A stretch of DNA of 63,665 bases, filler included, from Octopus bimaculoides (GCF_001194135.2; 4 parts of 4 records of this genome joined end to end with filler, not necessarily neighbours in it); one strand, 5' to 3'; shown: positions 40,812 through 52,769, counted from the whole stretch's first letter. Notes: generated from the letters alone by a model not told the origin. Numbers and translations are program-made.

Positions 40812-41220
40812 TCTACAGATAAAAATATATCTATCAAAGAATTTGACAAACTAAGGAAATATAAGACCTGGAAATTGAAATACAAAAAATGTGGCATCTT
40901 AAAATGAGAGTTGTTCCTGTTATTGTAGCTGCCCTAAGTATGATAAAAAAGGGATGTTAGAAACATCTAGATAAGATCCCAGGAGAACCATGTCTCAGAG
41001 AAATCCAAAAGATTGCACTGACAAGTACTGCCCAAATCCTTAGAAAAAACCCAATCCATTTAAATGCCTGTGTTGTATTACATGAAGATATTCTGCTACT
41101 TCCCCTCCCCAAGCTTTCAGTCATACTTTAACATCTCTTATCCTTCACTCACCCCAGGACACTGGGTGTGTCTCAGCAAGTGACTGTAACAAACATGCAG
41201 ATTAAAAGTAAATAACAACA
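40812..41220 (+). mobile_element. R4/Dong-type LINE 3' fragment with 3' UTR
   Basis: DKNISIKEFDKLRKY/KDLEIEIQKMWHLKMRVVPVIVAAL...PGEPCLREIQKIALTSTAQILRK; starts at (TAA)n and ends in aataacaacaac. Confidence 0.85.
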
Positions 41221-41225
41221 ACAAC

Positions 41226-41325
41226 NNNNNNNNNNNNNNNNNNNNNNNNNNNNNNNNNNNNNNNNNNNNTTAATTAATTAANNNNNNNNNNNNNNNNNNN
41301 NNNNNNNNNNNNNNNNNNNNNNNNN
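41226..41325. other. Synthetic scaffold-join spacer N44-TTAATTAATTAA-N44
   Basis: Identical to the 16168 and 52461 islands. Confidence 0.95.
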
Positions 41326-41619
41326 ATACATATATGTATGTATTGTTTGTTTGTTGTCTATTCTATTGTTTTACATATTACTACTTTTTGTTGTCCAACA
41401 TGGCTATTTTCTAATTCTTAATGCTATTAGCTTGAAAAATTAATTATAGATTTTGCGTTTATTTTCTTTTGTTTCGTGTGTTTTTAATACATAAAATGCT
41501 TTAACCACTCAACATACATATACAGACAATGACACACACACACACACACACATACACACATACACACACGCGCACACAACACTTTCTCAGAGATAATAGC
41601 ACAAAGAGACAGACAGAGA

Positions 41620-41659
41620 GACATACGAAGAGAGAGAGAAAGAGAGAGAGAGACATAAG

Positions 41660-41704
<45 letters not shown>

Positions 41705-41707
41705 GAG

Positions 41708-41743
<36 letters not shown>

Positions 41744-41762
41744 CATGAGAAGAGAGAGAGAA

Positions 41763-41831
<69 letters not shown>

Positions 41832-41862
41832 CATAAGAAGAGAGATAGAAAGAGACAGAAAG
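41620..41862. repeat. (GA)n array with periodic ACAT(G/A)AGA interruptions
   Basis: Direct reading. Confidence 0.9.
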
Positions 41863-43212
41863 NNNNNNNNNNNNNNNNNNNNNNNNNNNNNNNNNNNNNN
41901 NNNNNNNNNNNNNNNNNNNNNNNNNNNNNNNNNNNNNNNNNNNNNNNNNNNNNNNNNNNNNNNNNNNNNNNNNNNNNNNNNNNNNNNNNNNNNNNNNNNN
42001 NNNNNNNNNNNNNNNNNNNNNNNNNNNNNNNNNNNNNNNNNNNNNNNNNNNNNNNNNNNNNNNNNNNNNNNNNNNNNNNNNNNNNNNNNNNNNNNNNNNN
42101 NNNNNNNNNNNNNNNNNNNNNNNNNNNNNNNNNNNNNNNNNNNNNNNNNNNNNNNNNNNNNNNNNNNNNNNNNNNNNNNNNNNNNNNNNNNNNNNNNNNN
42201 NNNNNNNNNNNNNNNNNNNNNNNNNNNNNNNNNNNNNNNNNNNNNNNNNNNNNNNNNNNNNNNNNNNNNNNNNNNNNNNNNNNNNNNNNNNNNNNNNNNN
42301 NNNNNNNNNNNNNNNNNNNNNNNNNNNNNNNNNNNNNNNNNNNNNNNNNNNNNNNNNNNNNNNNNNNNNNNNNNNNNNNNNNNNNNNNNNNNNNNNNNNN
42401 NNNNNNNNNNNNNNNNNNNNNNNNNNNNNNNNNNNNNNNNNNNNNNNNNNNNNNNNNNNNNNNNNNNNNNNNNNNNNNNNNNNNNNNNNNNNNNNNNNNN
42501 NNNNNNNNNNNNNNNNNNNNNNNNNNNNNNNNNNNNNNNNNNNNNNNNNNNNNNNNNNNNNNNNNNNNNNNNNNNNNNNNNNNNNNNNNNNNNNNNNNNN
42601 NNNNNNNNNNNNNNNNNNNNNNNNNNNNNNNNNNNNNNNNNNNNNNNNNNNNNNNNNNNNNNNNNNNNNNNNNNNNNNNNNNNNNNNNNNNNNNNNNNNN
42701 NNNNNNNNNNNNNNNNNNNNNNNNNNNNNNNNNNNNNNNNNNNNNNNNNNNNNNNNNNNNNNNNNNNNNNNNNNNNNNNNNNNNNNNNNNNNNNNNNNNN
42801 NNNNNNNNNNNNNNNNNNATATATATATGCACACATTACATACGTTTATGTGTGTTTGTATGAATGTGCATACATATATGTATGTGTGTGTCAGCTGAAA
42901 TATGTGTGTGTGTATGCATATGATTAGGTGAGACTCGTAAGTTTATGCTTGCATTCAAATATGTCCGTGTGCGCGTGTTTGTGCTTGTGTTTGTGCTTGT
43001 TTGTGTGCGTGTGTGATCGTCTGAATTTCTGAGAGATAAAGAGAAAGAAAGGGAGAAAGGGAGAGTAAGAGAGGACAGACGAAAAAAGAGTATATTTCTA
43101 TGAATTTGTATATTTAAGGTAGTGATCTTTATGTGTAAATATTGTTTATGTCTGTATATGTACATTTAGATGTAGGTGGGGGGTAAATGTTATGTGAATA
43201 TAGGCGCAGACA

Positions 43213-43368
43213 GACGTGGCTGTGTGGTAAGAAACTTGCTTCCCGACCACATTGTTCTAGGTTCAGTCCCAATGCCTGACACCTTGGGCACATGTCTTCT
43301 ACTATAGCCTCGGGCCGACCAAAGCCTTGTGAGTGGATTTGGTGGACAGAAACTGAAAGAAGCCCATC

Positions 43369-43408
<40 letters not shown>

Positions 43409-43603
43409 ATTTGTCCCCACCATCGCTTGACAACCGATGTCGGTGTGTTTACGTCCCGATAAATTAGCGGTTCGGCAAAAATGACCGATGGAATAAGTAC
43501 TAGACTCACAAAAAATAAGCCCAGGGGTCAATTTGCTCGACTAAAGGCGGTGCTCCAGCATGGCCGCAGTCAAATGACTGAAAGAGGTAAACGAATAAAA
43601 GAA
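43213..43603 (+). mobile_element. SINE family 1, full-length
   Basis: tRNA-like head with A and B boxes, gacaccttgggca CORE-like segment, internal (TG)n, 3' arm ending gactgaaagaggtaaac. Confidence 0.9.
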
Positions 43604-43934
43604 TATATGTGTATCTACATTATGTATATATATAAATATATATCTATATGTGTGTATGTATGTGTGAGCGCTTGTTCATATGTATCATATATGTATGTTT
43701 TATATATGTATATGTATCAATATAGGTATTTATATATTTTATTGTATATGCATTTGTATAGGTGTCTGTGTATCTGTAATTAGAATTATTGCGAAGCCGG
43801 AGTTGTCTTGTGTTGGAGGTAATCCATAACATATAATATCATTGGATCGGTCATAATGGAAGTTGTGTGTTAAAAAACAATGTTATTATGTCAGCTATAC
43901 TAAGAGCAAGGAGAAAAAGAAAAAATTGTACTTT

Positions 43935-44140
43935 GATCAGCCATATTTGTGACAATGTGCAAAATATTCTTTGATCGCCATACTGGCGGCAATGTGTCGA
44001 TAACAATGTCGTTTGTCCAGCCATATTGGCGGTTCTCTGTAACAAAATGTCGGTTCATCAGCCATGCTGGTGGAACTCTGTAACAGATTTTGCAGTTTGA
44101 TTCACTCAGTAGTTTTTTCAGCCATACTGGAGGTATTGTC
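43935..44140. repeat. Degenerate ~40-bp tandem array with core (C/T)AGCCATA(C/T)TGG
   Basis: Five cores near 43939, 43976, 44017, 44058 and 44119. Confidence 0.65.
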
Positions 44141-44319
44141 ATTTGATAAACCTTAAGAGGTTAAAGTTGTACTTTCATGAAAATGTTGCTTCAGTTTCCC
44201 CCCCCCCCACACACACACACACGTGAGTATGTGTGTTAGTCTGAGTGTGTGTGTGTGTATGTATAGAAACAGATAGATAGGTAGGTAGGCAGATATGTAC
44301 TTATGCATATGCATATATA

Positions 44320-44389
<70 letters not shown>

Positions 44390-45116
44390 GGGGGGGCGGA
44401 GATAATAATAAGTAGGAGGGAAATAACGTAGTACCTAAGAGGCGTAGAAATGTATTATGTTGCAGAAGAACAGTACTTATCATCGTTCACATTTCTGAGA
44501 CTTCACACTGCGAATGAAAGAAAAAGAATGAAACGAGAGAGAAAGAGAGTAAGAGAGAAAGCGAGAGAGACAAAAGCAGATAAAAAAGAAAAAAAAACAA
44601 CAGCATATTCTCAGAATATTAAATAGAGCTGCAACAGGAAACGAATCTTCAATTTTGGTTTCATTAGGATCAGTTCACAAAAATCTGAAGAAGTCCACGT
44701 TATGAAACCCGGCTCATTCCAAACTAAAGTGGCTCAGTAGATCAGTATATTTCAAGCCAAGCTCTTGGCTCAGTTTTCTCTACGTGGTATGAAAAATATT
44801 TAGCAATTATCTTCACTTCATAAGATCCATTATTATGATGTAATCAAAGCTCAGTTATTTTGAGGCTGAGTATTGCTTATAGTTATTTCATTGGAGTAGT
44901 TCAGGTAGAACGAAGTGGAACGGACTCAAATTATTTGAATCAGAAGAACTTAAACAGTTTTCTTCCTTGTGATTTCAATATGGAAGCGACTGAGTTACCG
45001 TCACTATGGCTTTTTACTCCGTTCTCTACTTCCGGTTGTTACGACTATTTGAATTAATTTCGCTCAAGCTTTTTCTTCAGCACTCACAGTGTGGAAGATG
45101 CTCAATTTCTTTTTTG

Positions 45117-45183
<67 letters not shown>

Positions 45184-45584
45184 ATGATTTCGCTTAGGTG
45201 CCATAAGATGCTGCTTGTTATAACAGAAACAATTGTAAACCGATTAAGGTAATAACGTAACTCCTGTTCTCTTGTCATTCGTTAATATCTGCATAAAAAC
45301 ATACATACATACATACATACATACATATTTACTTACTTACTTATTGGATGCGCGTATCCTTTGTTTCTACACACCCTTCTATCATTATTTGTATGTGTAT
45401 GTGTTTGTGGACGTGTCTTTTAATTGTAACTGTAATTGTATATAAGATATATTTTTGCTAATTAACATAAAATCAAACCATTTCCTGTCAACTCTAACAG
45501 AAAACGTACTCTAGCTCTTATTGTATGTTTTACTGCATACTCAAGCTGTTTTTCATTTCTCTATTTAATTTGTGTGGAGGCGCA

Positions 45585-45860
45585 ATGGCCCAGTGGTTAG
45601 GGCAGCGGACTCGCGGTCTGAGGATCGCGGTTTTGATTCCCAGACCGGGTGTTGTGAGTGTTTATTGNNNNNNNNNNNNNNNNNNNNNNNNNNNNNNNNN
45701 NNNNNNNNNNNNNNNNNNNNNNNNNNNNNNNNNNNNNNNNNNNNATCTCTCACTCTTTCTTCCTGTTTCTTGAGTAACGCTGCGATGGATTGGCGTCCTG
45801 TCCAGCTGGGGAGAACATATACGCCATAGGAACCGGGCCCATGAGCCTGGCTAGGCTTTG
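45585..45860 (+). mobile_element. tRNA-derived SINE family 5 (gap inside)
   Basis: ggcgcaatggcccagtggttagggcagcggactc...gattcccagaccggg tRNA-like head followed by non-tRNA body. Confidence 0.7.
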
Positions 45861-46074
45861 AAAGGGCGACGTTTTTTTTTTTATTTAATTTGTACTCTAC
45901 TTTTTTTACTATGTATTCCAACCGTTTGCATTATGCTCTAGTTCTCGATGTATTCTAGCTCTTTACTATGCGCTGTACAGTCGTTCGAGAGTGAGTACGG
46001 TTTGGCAGCATGCACCATGCTTTCACTTCTTCTTTAAGGTGCATGTGTAGTCACGTGCAGACATAAACAACCGA

Positions 46075-46382
46075 CCAGAGCTATGTGAGTGGATTTGGTA
46101 GACGGAAACTGAAAGGAACTCGTCGTATATATGTATATATATGTATGTGTGTGTGTGTGTGTGTGTATGTTTGTGTGTCTGTGTTTGTCCCCCTCAACCT
46201 CGCTTGGCAACCGATGCTGGTGTGTTTACGTCCCCGTAACTTAGCGATTCGGCAAAAGAGACTGATTGGAATAAGTACTAGGCTTGCAAAGAATATGTCC
46301 TGGGGTCGATTTGCTCGACTGAAGGCGGTGCTCCAGCATGGCCACAGTCAAATGACTGAAACAAGTAAAAGAGTAAAAGAGT
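46075..46382 (+). mobile_element. SINE family 1, 5'-truncated
   Basis: gtgagtggatttggtagacggaaactgaaag...gactgaaacaagtaaaag. Confidence 0.9.
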
Positions 46383-46479
46383 ACACAAATACGATATGAC
46401 TTTTTTTCAACATCGAATGGCAAGGAGGATCCACTCGAGTCAAACAGGAATCAAACGTGTATGTATGTATGTATGTACG

Positions 46480-46572
<93 letters not shown>

Positions 46573-47014
46573 ATATGTACACATTTGTGGCAAAAAATAT
46601 GAATATCGAAAGTCACTTAGCTTTTGTTTCTATTTCTGTGGCGTGTATAAAAGTAGATTCTACGTTAATACATTTCTTTCTACCATTCTATATAATTCAA
46701 TAAAACTTACCATTTTTAAGACGATGGGGAAAGATTTAGCTGCTATATCTTGCATGTTGAGTGGCCACAAAGCGGTAATGTCATATTGGTTCGTTCATGG
46801 CAGCGCTTCTCACCGAAGTTCCCAACCGGAAGCTTAGGCTTTTTATCGAGTAAGAAATTGGTGAGGGAAATTCAGCGAGTCACAGCTAATAATTTATGCA
46901 AATTGCGTTTGAGAGATGTATTCAGCACTGAGCACCACACCGAACTTTTAAAGATGTTTTTTCTCATTTCTTTAAACCTTTTACAAAATTTAGCTTATTG
47001 TATGCATTTGTATA

Positions 47015-47170
47015 AAAGTCATTGATCAGAGAATAAACATCAAGTTCGAGTCAACGACTTTATATAATACCACGCTTCTATGCATTTCACCTTATACAAA
47101 TAATTCCATGGTCTTCAACATGTAAAGCTGTTGGCTCGAACTTGATGTTTGTTCTTTAATCAATGATTTT
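47015..47170. repeat. Long inverted repeat (arms ~41 bp, 74-nt spacer); MITE remnant or hairpin
   Basis: 47030-47055 agaataaacatcaagttcgagtcaac versus 47130-47155 (reverse complement agaacaaacatcaagttcgagccaac); arms extend outward with a few transitions. Confidence 0.85.
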
Positions 47171-47289
47171 TGCCTGTGTCTCAATTTCACTTGAGCACTT
47201 CTTTTTTGCAGCTCTATATATCTTTTTTTCACCTCCATAAAAAGAAGCAAAAATTATTTCCTGTCACACACACACACGCGCGCACATAC

Positions 47290-47392
47290 TGCGTGGCACC
47301 TTGGGCAAGTGTCTTCTACTATAGCCTCGGGCCGACCAAAGCCTTGTGAGTGGATTTGGTAGACGGAAACTGAAAGAATCCCGTCGTATATA

Positions 47393-47449
<57 letters not shown>

Positions 47450-47660
47450 ATATATTTGTGTGTCTGTGTTTGTCCCCTCAACATCGCTTGACAACCGATG
47501 CTGGTGTGTTTACGTCCCCGTAACTTAGCGGTTCGGCAAAAGTGACCGATAGAATAAGTACTAGGCATCCAAAGAATAAGTCCTGGGGTCGATTTGCTCG
47601 ACTAAAAGGCGGTGCTCCAGCATGGCCACAGTCAAATGACTGAAACAAGTAAAAGAGTAT
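47290..47660 (+). mobile_element. SINE family 1, near full-length
   Basis: Near-consensus body from ctgcgtggcaccttgggcaagtg onward. Confidence 0.9.
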
Positions 47661-48067
47661 ACATACATACATACATGCATACATACACACATGTATGTTG
47701 GTAGGTAAGTCGTTGAATAAGTATGACATCACGGGTAATTCTTATACACTCTGTAGTACACTCCTTTTTTATTCTGTCATCCTACAGGCTTATATCATAG
47801 CCCCAGATAATTTACATGAGTATTTGTTGATCACTTTTGGGAGAAAAATACTGCACTATATACTCCTATACAGTAGATACGCGTTTCCTCGGGGTCTCTC
47901 GGTGTCATAATATAATATAAACACTGCATAATTTTTATCGAGTACTTCGTTTGAACTATGGCCTTCTCACTTCTATACTAAGTATACATACATACAAACA
48001 TATATACATACATACATAATACATACATACATACATTCATACATACATACATACATACATACATACA

Positions 48068-48101
<34 letters not shown>

Positions 48102-48857
48102 CGTACATANNNNNNNNNNNNNNNNNNNNNNNNNNNNNNNNNNNNNNNNNNNNNNNNNNNNNNNNNNNNNNNNNNNNNNNNNNNNNNNNNNNNNNNNNNN
48201 NNNNNNNNNNNNNNNNNNNNNNNNNNNNNNNNNNNNNNNNNNNNNNNNNNNNNNNNNNNNNNNNNNNNNNNNNNNNNNNNNNNNNNNNNNNNNNNNNNNN
48301 NNNNNNNNNNNNNNNNNNNNNNNNNNNNNNNNNNNNNNNNNNNNNNNNNNNNNNNNNNNNNNNNNNNNNNNNNNNNNNNNNNNNNNNNNNNNNNNNNNNN
48401 NNNNNNNNNNNNNNNNNNNNNNNNNNNNNNNNNNNNNNNNNNNNNNNNNNNNNNNNNNNNNNNNNNNNNNNNNNNNNNNNNNNNNNNNNNNNNNNNNNNN
48501 NNNNNNNNNNNNNNNNNNNNNNNNNNNNNNNNNNNNNNNNNNNNNNNNNNNNNNNNNNNNNNNNNNNNNNNNNNNNNNNNNNNNNNNNNNNNNNNNNNNN
48601 NNNNNNNNNNNNNNNNNNNNNNNNNNNNNNNNNNNNNNNNNNNNNNNNGATATTATACATTCATACATATATATATATATGCATATACATATATACATAT
48701 CTATACATATACATACATAGGTATATATATATACACATACATACACATACACACGCACATACACACACAGACACACACATGCATATGTATATGCATATAT
48801 ACATGTGTCTGTATGTATTTATGTATGTGTGTATATGTATACTTATCTATCTATCGG

Positions 48858-48894
<37 letters not shown>

Positions 48895-49871
48895 TTGTAT
48901 GTATGTATGTATGTATGTATGTATGTATGTATGTATGTATGTATGTATGTATGTATGTGTGTATGTAAAGAAATTTATACTTGAGTGTCTCTTTTTCTTT
49001 CCTTTTCGTTTTTTTTTAATATTATTTATTTGTTTGAAAATCTACAAATTCAGTGCAAATGTCCTATCAATGACTTCTCTGTAAAGGAAGTTATCCTACG
49101 ATTTTTCCTGCAGTGGAGTGTGCAACCTTGAAAGAACAACAAGCTAACCTTGAGCAATAGAAATAGAGAAAGAGAGCCAGAAAGACAAAGAGAGAGAGAG
49201 GGAGAGAGAGAGAGGGAGAGGGAGAGACGGGGAGACAGAGAGAGAGAAAAAAATAGAGGTAGTGCGTGGCATGTGTATGGGGGTTCTTTCTCTTATAAAA
49301 CAGCTTTACAAAAGAATACACAACGCTCGCCTAAAAGTGACTTATCAAATAAAAGGTTTGGATTAAATTTATATTGTTTACATGATATCAAGTTATCGTC
49401 TGCCTGTCATACAGTTGAGTATGGTAGGAGCAGGCCACTAATAATTAGAGTAATATCGAATTACCTTGCTAAAGGGAAGAACTCGCTAGCAGTCGGTTAT
49501 TGTTCGAAAATTTCGAAATGGTTCTTTTGTTTTTGTTATGTTTTTTTATTAAGCATTCTTTGTTGTTGGCTTTTTTTTGCTTTTTTTTTTTGCCCTCGAA
49601 AGATATTTTCAGTCGAGTCAAAGAGACAGACAGACAACAGGATAAAAAAAAAATGTTTAGTAGAAAAAGCTAAATTTTTAAAAAAATAATAACAAAGCTT
49701 TTCTGCTATAAGTACAAAGCCTGGAATTTTGGTGGGGAAGAGTCGTCTAGTCAATGCCATCAACCTCCGTTACTTTATCTTATCGACCCCGAAAGAATAA
49801 AAAGCTATGGTAATATCGGTAGAATTTGAACTCAGAAATGTAAAGTCGATAGAAATGATACAAAAAGGTAC

Positions 49872-50039
49872 AGGAGTGGCTGTGTGGTAAGTAGCTTGCT
49901 TACCAACCACATGGTTCCGGATTCAGTCCCACTGCGTGGCACCTTGGGCCGGTGTCTTCTACTATAGCCTCGGGCCGACCAAAGCCTTGTGAGTCGATTT
50001 GGTAGACGGAAACTGAAAGAAGCCCGTCGCATATGTATA

Positions 50040-50074
<35 letters not shown>

Positions 50075-50292
50075 GTGTATATATGCTTGTGTGTCTGTGT
50101 TTGTCCTCCCCCAACATCACTTGACAACCGATGCTGGTGTGTTTACGTCCCCGTAACTTAGCGACTCGGCAAAAGGAGACCGATAGAATAAGAACTAGGC
50201 TTACAAAGAATAAGTTCTGGGGTCGATTTGCTCGACTAAAGGCGGTGCTCCAGCATGGCCGCAGTCAAATGACTGAAACAAGTAAAAGAGTA
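49872..50292 (+). mobile_element. SINE family 1, full-length young copy
   Basis: ggagtggctgtgtggtaagtagcttgc...gactgaaacaagtaaaagag; CpGs retained. Confidence 0.92.
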
Positions 50293-50294
50293 AA

Positions 50295-50980
50295 GCATTT
50301 GGCCGGCGTTCTAATGATTCAGCCGGTTGGCCCTCACTCAGATTATGTTGGCTTCAAATAGTATTGACAAGGCCAGCAAGTTCTGGGACGAGGTAGGTCG
50401 TTTACATTAACCCCAGTGATCAACTGGTACTCTTTTTATCGACCTTGAAACGAAGAAAGGCAAATTCGACCTCGACGTAATTTGAACTCAGAACATGAAG
50501 ATAGACGAAATGCTTCCAAGCATTTTACCCGGTGTCCTAACGATTCTGCAAGCTTGCCACCTTGACCGCTTTAATAATATTAATAATCCTTTCTATTATA
50601 TGCATAGGACCTGAAATTTTGGGTGGCGGGTACTCGTCGATTACATCTACACCCGCGCTCAACTGGTATTTTTCATCGACCCTGAAAGGATAAAAGGCAA
50701 AGTCAACCTCGGCGGTATATGAACTCGGAACGTAAAAAACGGACGGAATGCCGGACGAAAGACGAACGGAATGCCGCTAAGCTTTTAGTCCAGCATGCTG
50801 ACGATTCTACCGGCTATCAGTTTTAGGGAGTGGGGTTAGGTCGATTACATCAACCTCAGAACTTGCCTAGTACTTTATTTTTTCAACCCCGAAAGAATGA
50901 AAGGCAAATTTAACCGCGGTGGAATTTCAGCTGAGATCTTGGGGTTAGTAACCCGCGCTCTTAATCACTATGCCATATAT
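50295..50980 (-). mobile_element. Three head-to-tail SINE family 2 copies, the last with a different tRNA-like head
   Basis: Repeated aaaggcaaa.t..acc.cg.cg..at.tgaactc; 50935-50975 reads tggcatagtgattaagagcgcgggttactaacccc on the minus strand. Confidence 0.8.
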
Positions 50981-51266
50981 AGATAGATAGATAGATAACA
51001 CACACACACACACGTGTATATCTGATGAATGTACTTTTTAATTAAAAATGATGGATTATATATATAAGTCATTATCTGATGCACGACTCAGTATAAAATA
51101 TTGAGACAAATAAACACATTTGTCTCAAAATGTGACAGTTAATATTAACTTTTGTTCTTCTGGTTCATTCGGTCCAAATCTGAAATGGGATTAACTATTC
51201 GGGAAGTTTCATCTTCCAAGAAAATATGATAAATATATACATACATATATTCCACAAACGCAAGCG

Positions 51267-51584
51267 TGGCTGTGTGGTAAGAAGCCGGGCGAAATGCTTA
51301 GCGATATTTCGTCTGCGGTTACGTTCTGAGTTCCAATTCCGCCGAGGTCGACTTTGCCTTTCATCCATTCGGGGTCGATAAATTAAGTACCAGTTGCGCA
51401 CTGGGGTCGATGTAATCGACTTAATCCCTTTGTCTGTCCTTGTTTGTCCCTTCTATGTTTAGCCCCTTGTGGGCAATAAAGAAATAAGAAGCTTGCTTAC
51501 CAACCACATGTTCCGGGTTCAGTCTCATTGCGACAAAAACCTTGTGAGTTTATTTAGTAAACGGAAACTGGAAGAAGTCCGTCG

Positions 51585-51615
<31 letters not shown>

Positions 51616-51842
51616 ATTTGTGTGTTTGCGTTTATCCACTCAACATCGCTTGACAACCGATACTGGTGTGTTTATGGTCCCATAACATAGCGGTTCGGCA
51701 AAAGAGACCGATAGAATAGGTACTAGGCTTACAAAGAATAAGGTGTGGGCTCGATTTCTTCGACGAACACCCTTTAAGGCGGTGCTCTAGCATGGCCACA
51801 GTCAAATGACTGAAACAAGTAAAAGAATAAAAGAATAAAGGA
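51267..51842 (+). mobile_element. SINE family 1 interrupted by a nested SINE family 2 copy (51286-51484)
   Basis: The family-1 head breaks at 51285 and resumes at 51493; TAAGAAGC is duplicated at 51278-51285 and 51485-51492. Confidence 0.9.
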
Positions 51843-52423
51843 ATACTTGCACTGTGGCGCAAGGCCTTCATCAGCTGTCAATTCGAGATCACAGTGGTTT
51901 CGGCAGCTGAGGATATTATGTCTTCTTCATGCGGTGCTCTTACTATAGCACGCTTTATCCTGCATCATCCATGCTATCACCACAATGAGCTAGATACAGT
52001 TATAATCATTTTAATAATGAAGCAGCCATTTCATTTAACTACTCGATGAGGACGTCTCTGTTCTCAGCTTCGGTCTTCCTCACACATACGTCTCCCATAT
52101 AAACCATCCAGTATAAACCATGAATCATTGCCTACTTCTTCCCCAGGTCGCTAATCAGTGTAACTCTGCCTTTCAATTTTAGCGTCGTAGGACACAGTGG
52201 ACTTTGTCACGCTATCCCACCTCACATGGAAGCACTGAATATCGCCATCCCCGTGCCTTATACGGTTCACTGAGTCTCCCGTATTTTAAGGCTCTTCTTT
52301 TTATGTGCTCACACTATATTACTTTCTTCCCTAAGACACCAAAAGCCCAACATTCAGATTTTTTTGTGGTGGTGGTAATAGTGGGGGTGGTGCAAATTAA
52401 ATGTCATATATATATACATACAT

Positions 52424-52460
<37 letters not shown>

Positions 52461-52560
52461 NNNNNNNNNNNNNNNNNNNNNNNNNNNNNNNNNNNNNNNN
52501 NNNNTTAATTAATTAANNNNNNNNNNNNNNNNNNNNNNNNNNNNNNNNNNNNNNNNNNNN
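52461..52560. other. Synthetic scaffold-join spacer N44-TTAATTAATTAA-N44
   Basis: Identical to the 16168 and 41226 islands. Confidence 0.95.
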
Positions 52561-52769
52561 TATATATATAAATAGTTTAGGACAATCAGTAAGTTGTCAT
52601 AATAGTACTTGAAGTTTCATTCTTTTGTTGTCACATTATTGTTATTATTATTATATATACATACATATATATGTATGTATGTGTAAAACATCATGATGAT
52701 CATCTTCATCATCATCATCATCATCAAACCCACCACCATCACCACCACCACCACAGCCACCAGTGCTTT

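Noticed and set aside
43975-44130. HTG/HIG/HAG codons suggesting C2H2 zinc-finger linkers
   Set aside because: Spacing is about 40 nt rather than 84 nt and there is no CxxC pattern.
45585-45660. Possible tRNA genes here and at 53961 and 50935
   Set aside because: No intact acceptor stem, and each runs into SINE body sequence; they are SINE heads.
6587-48776. Long ORF-track entries (200-450 aa) filled with X
   Set aside because: They only read through N gaps and flanking (AT)n/(GA)n; no coding evidence.
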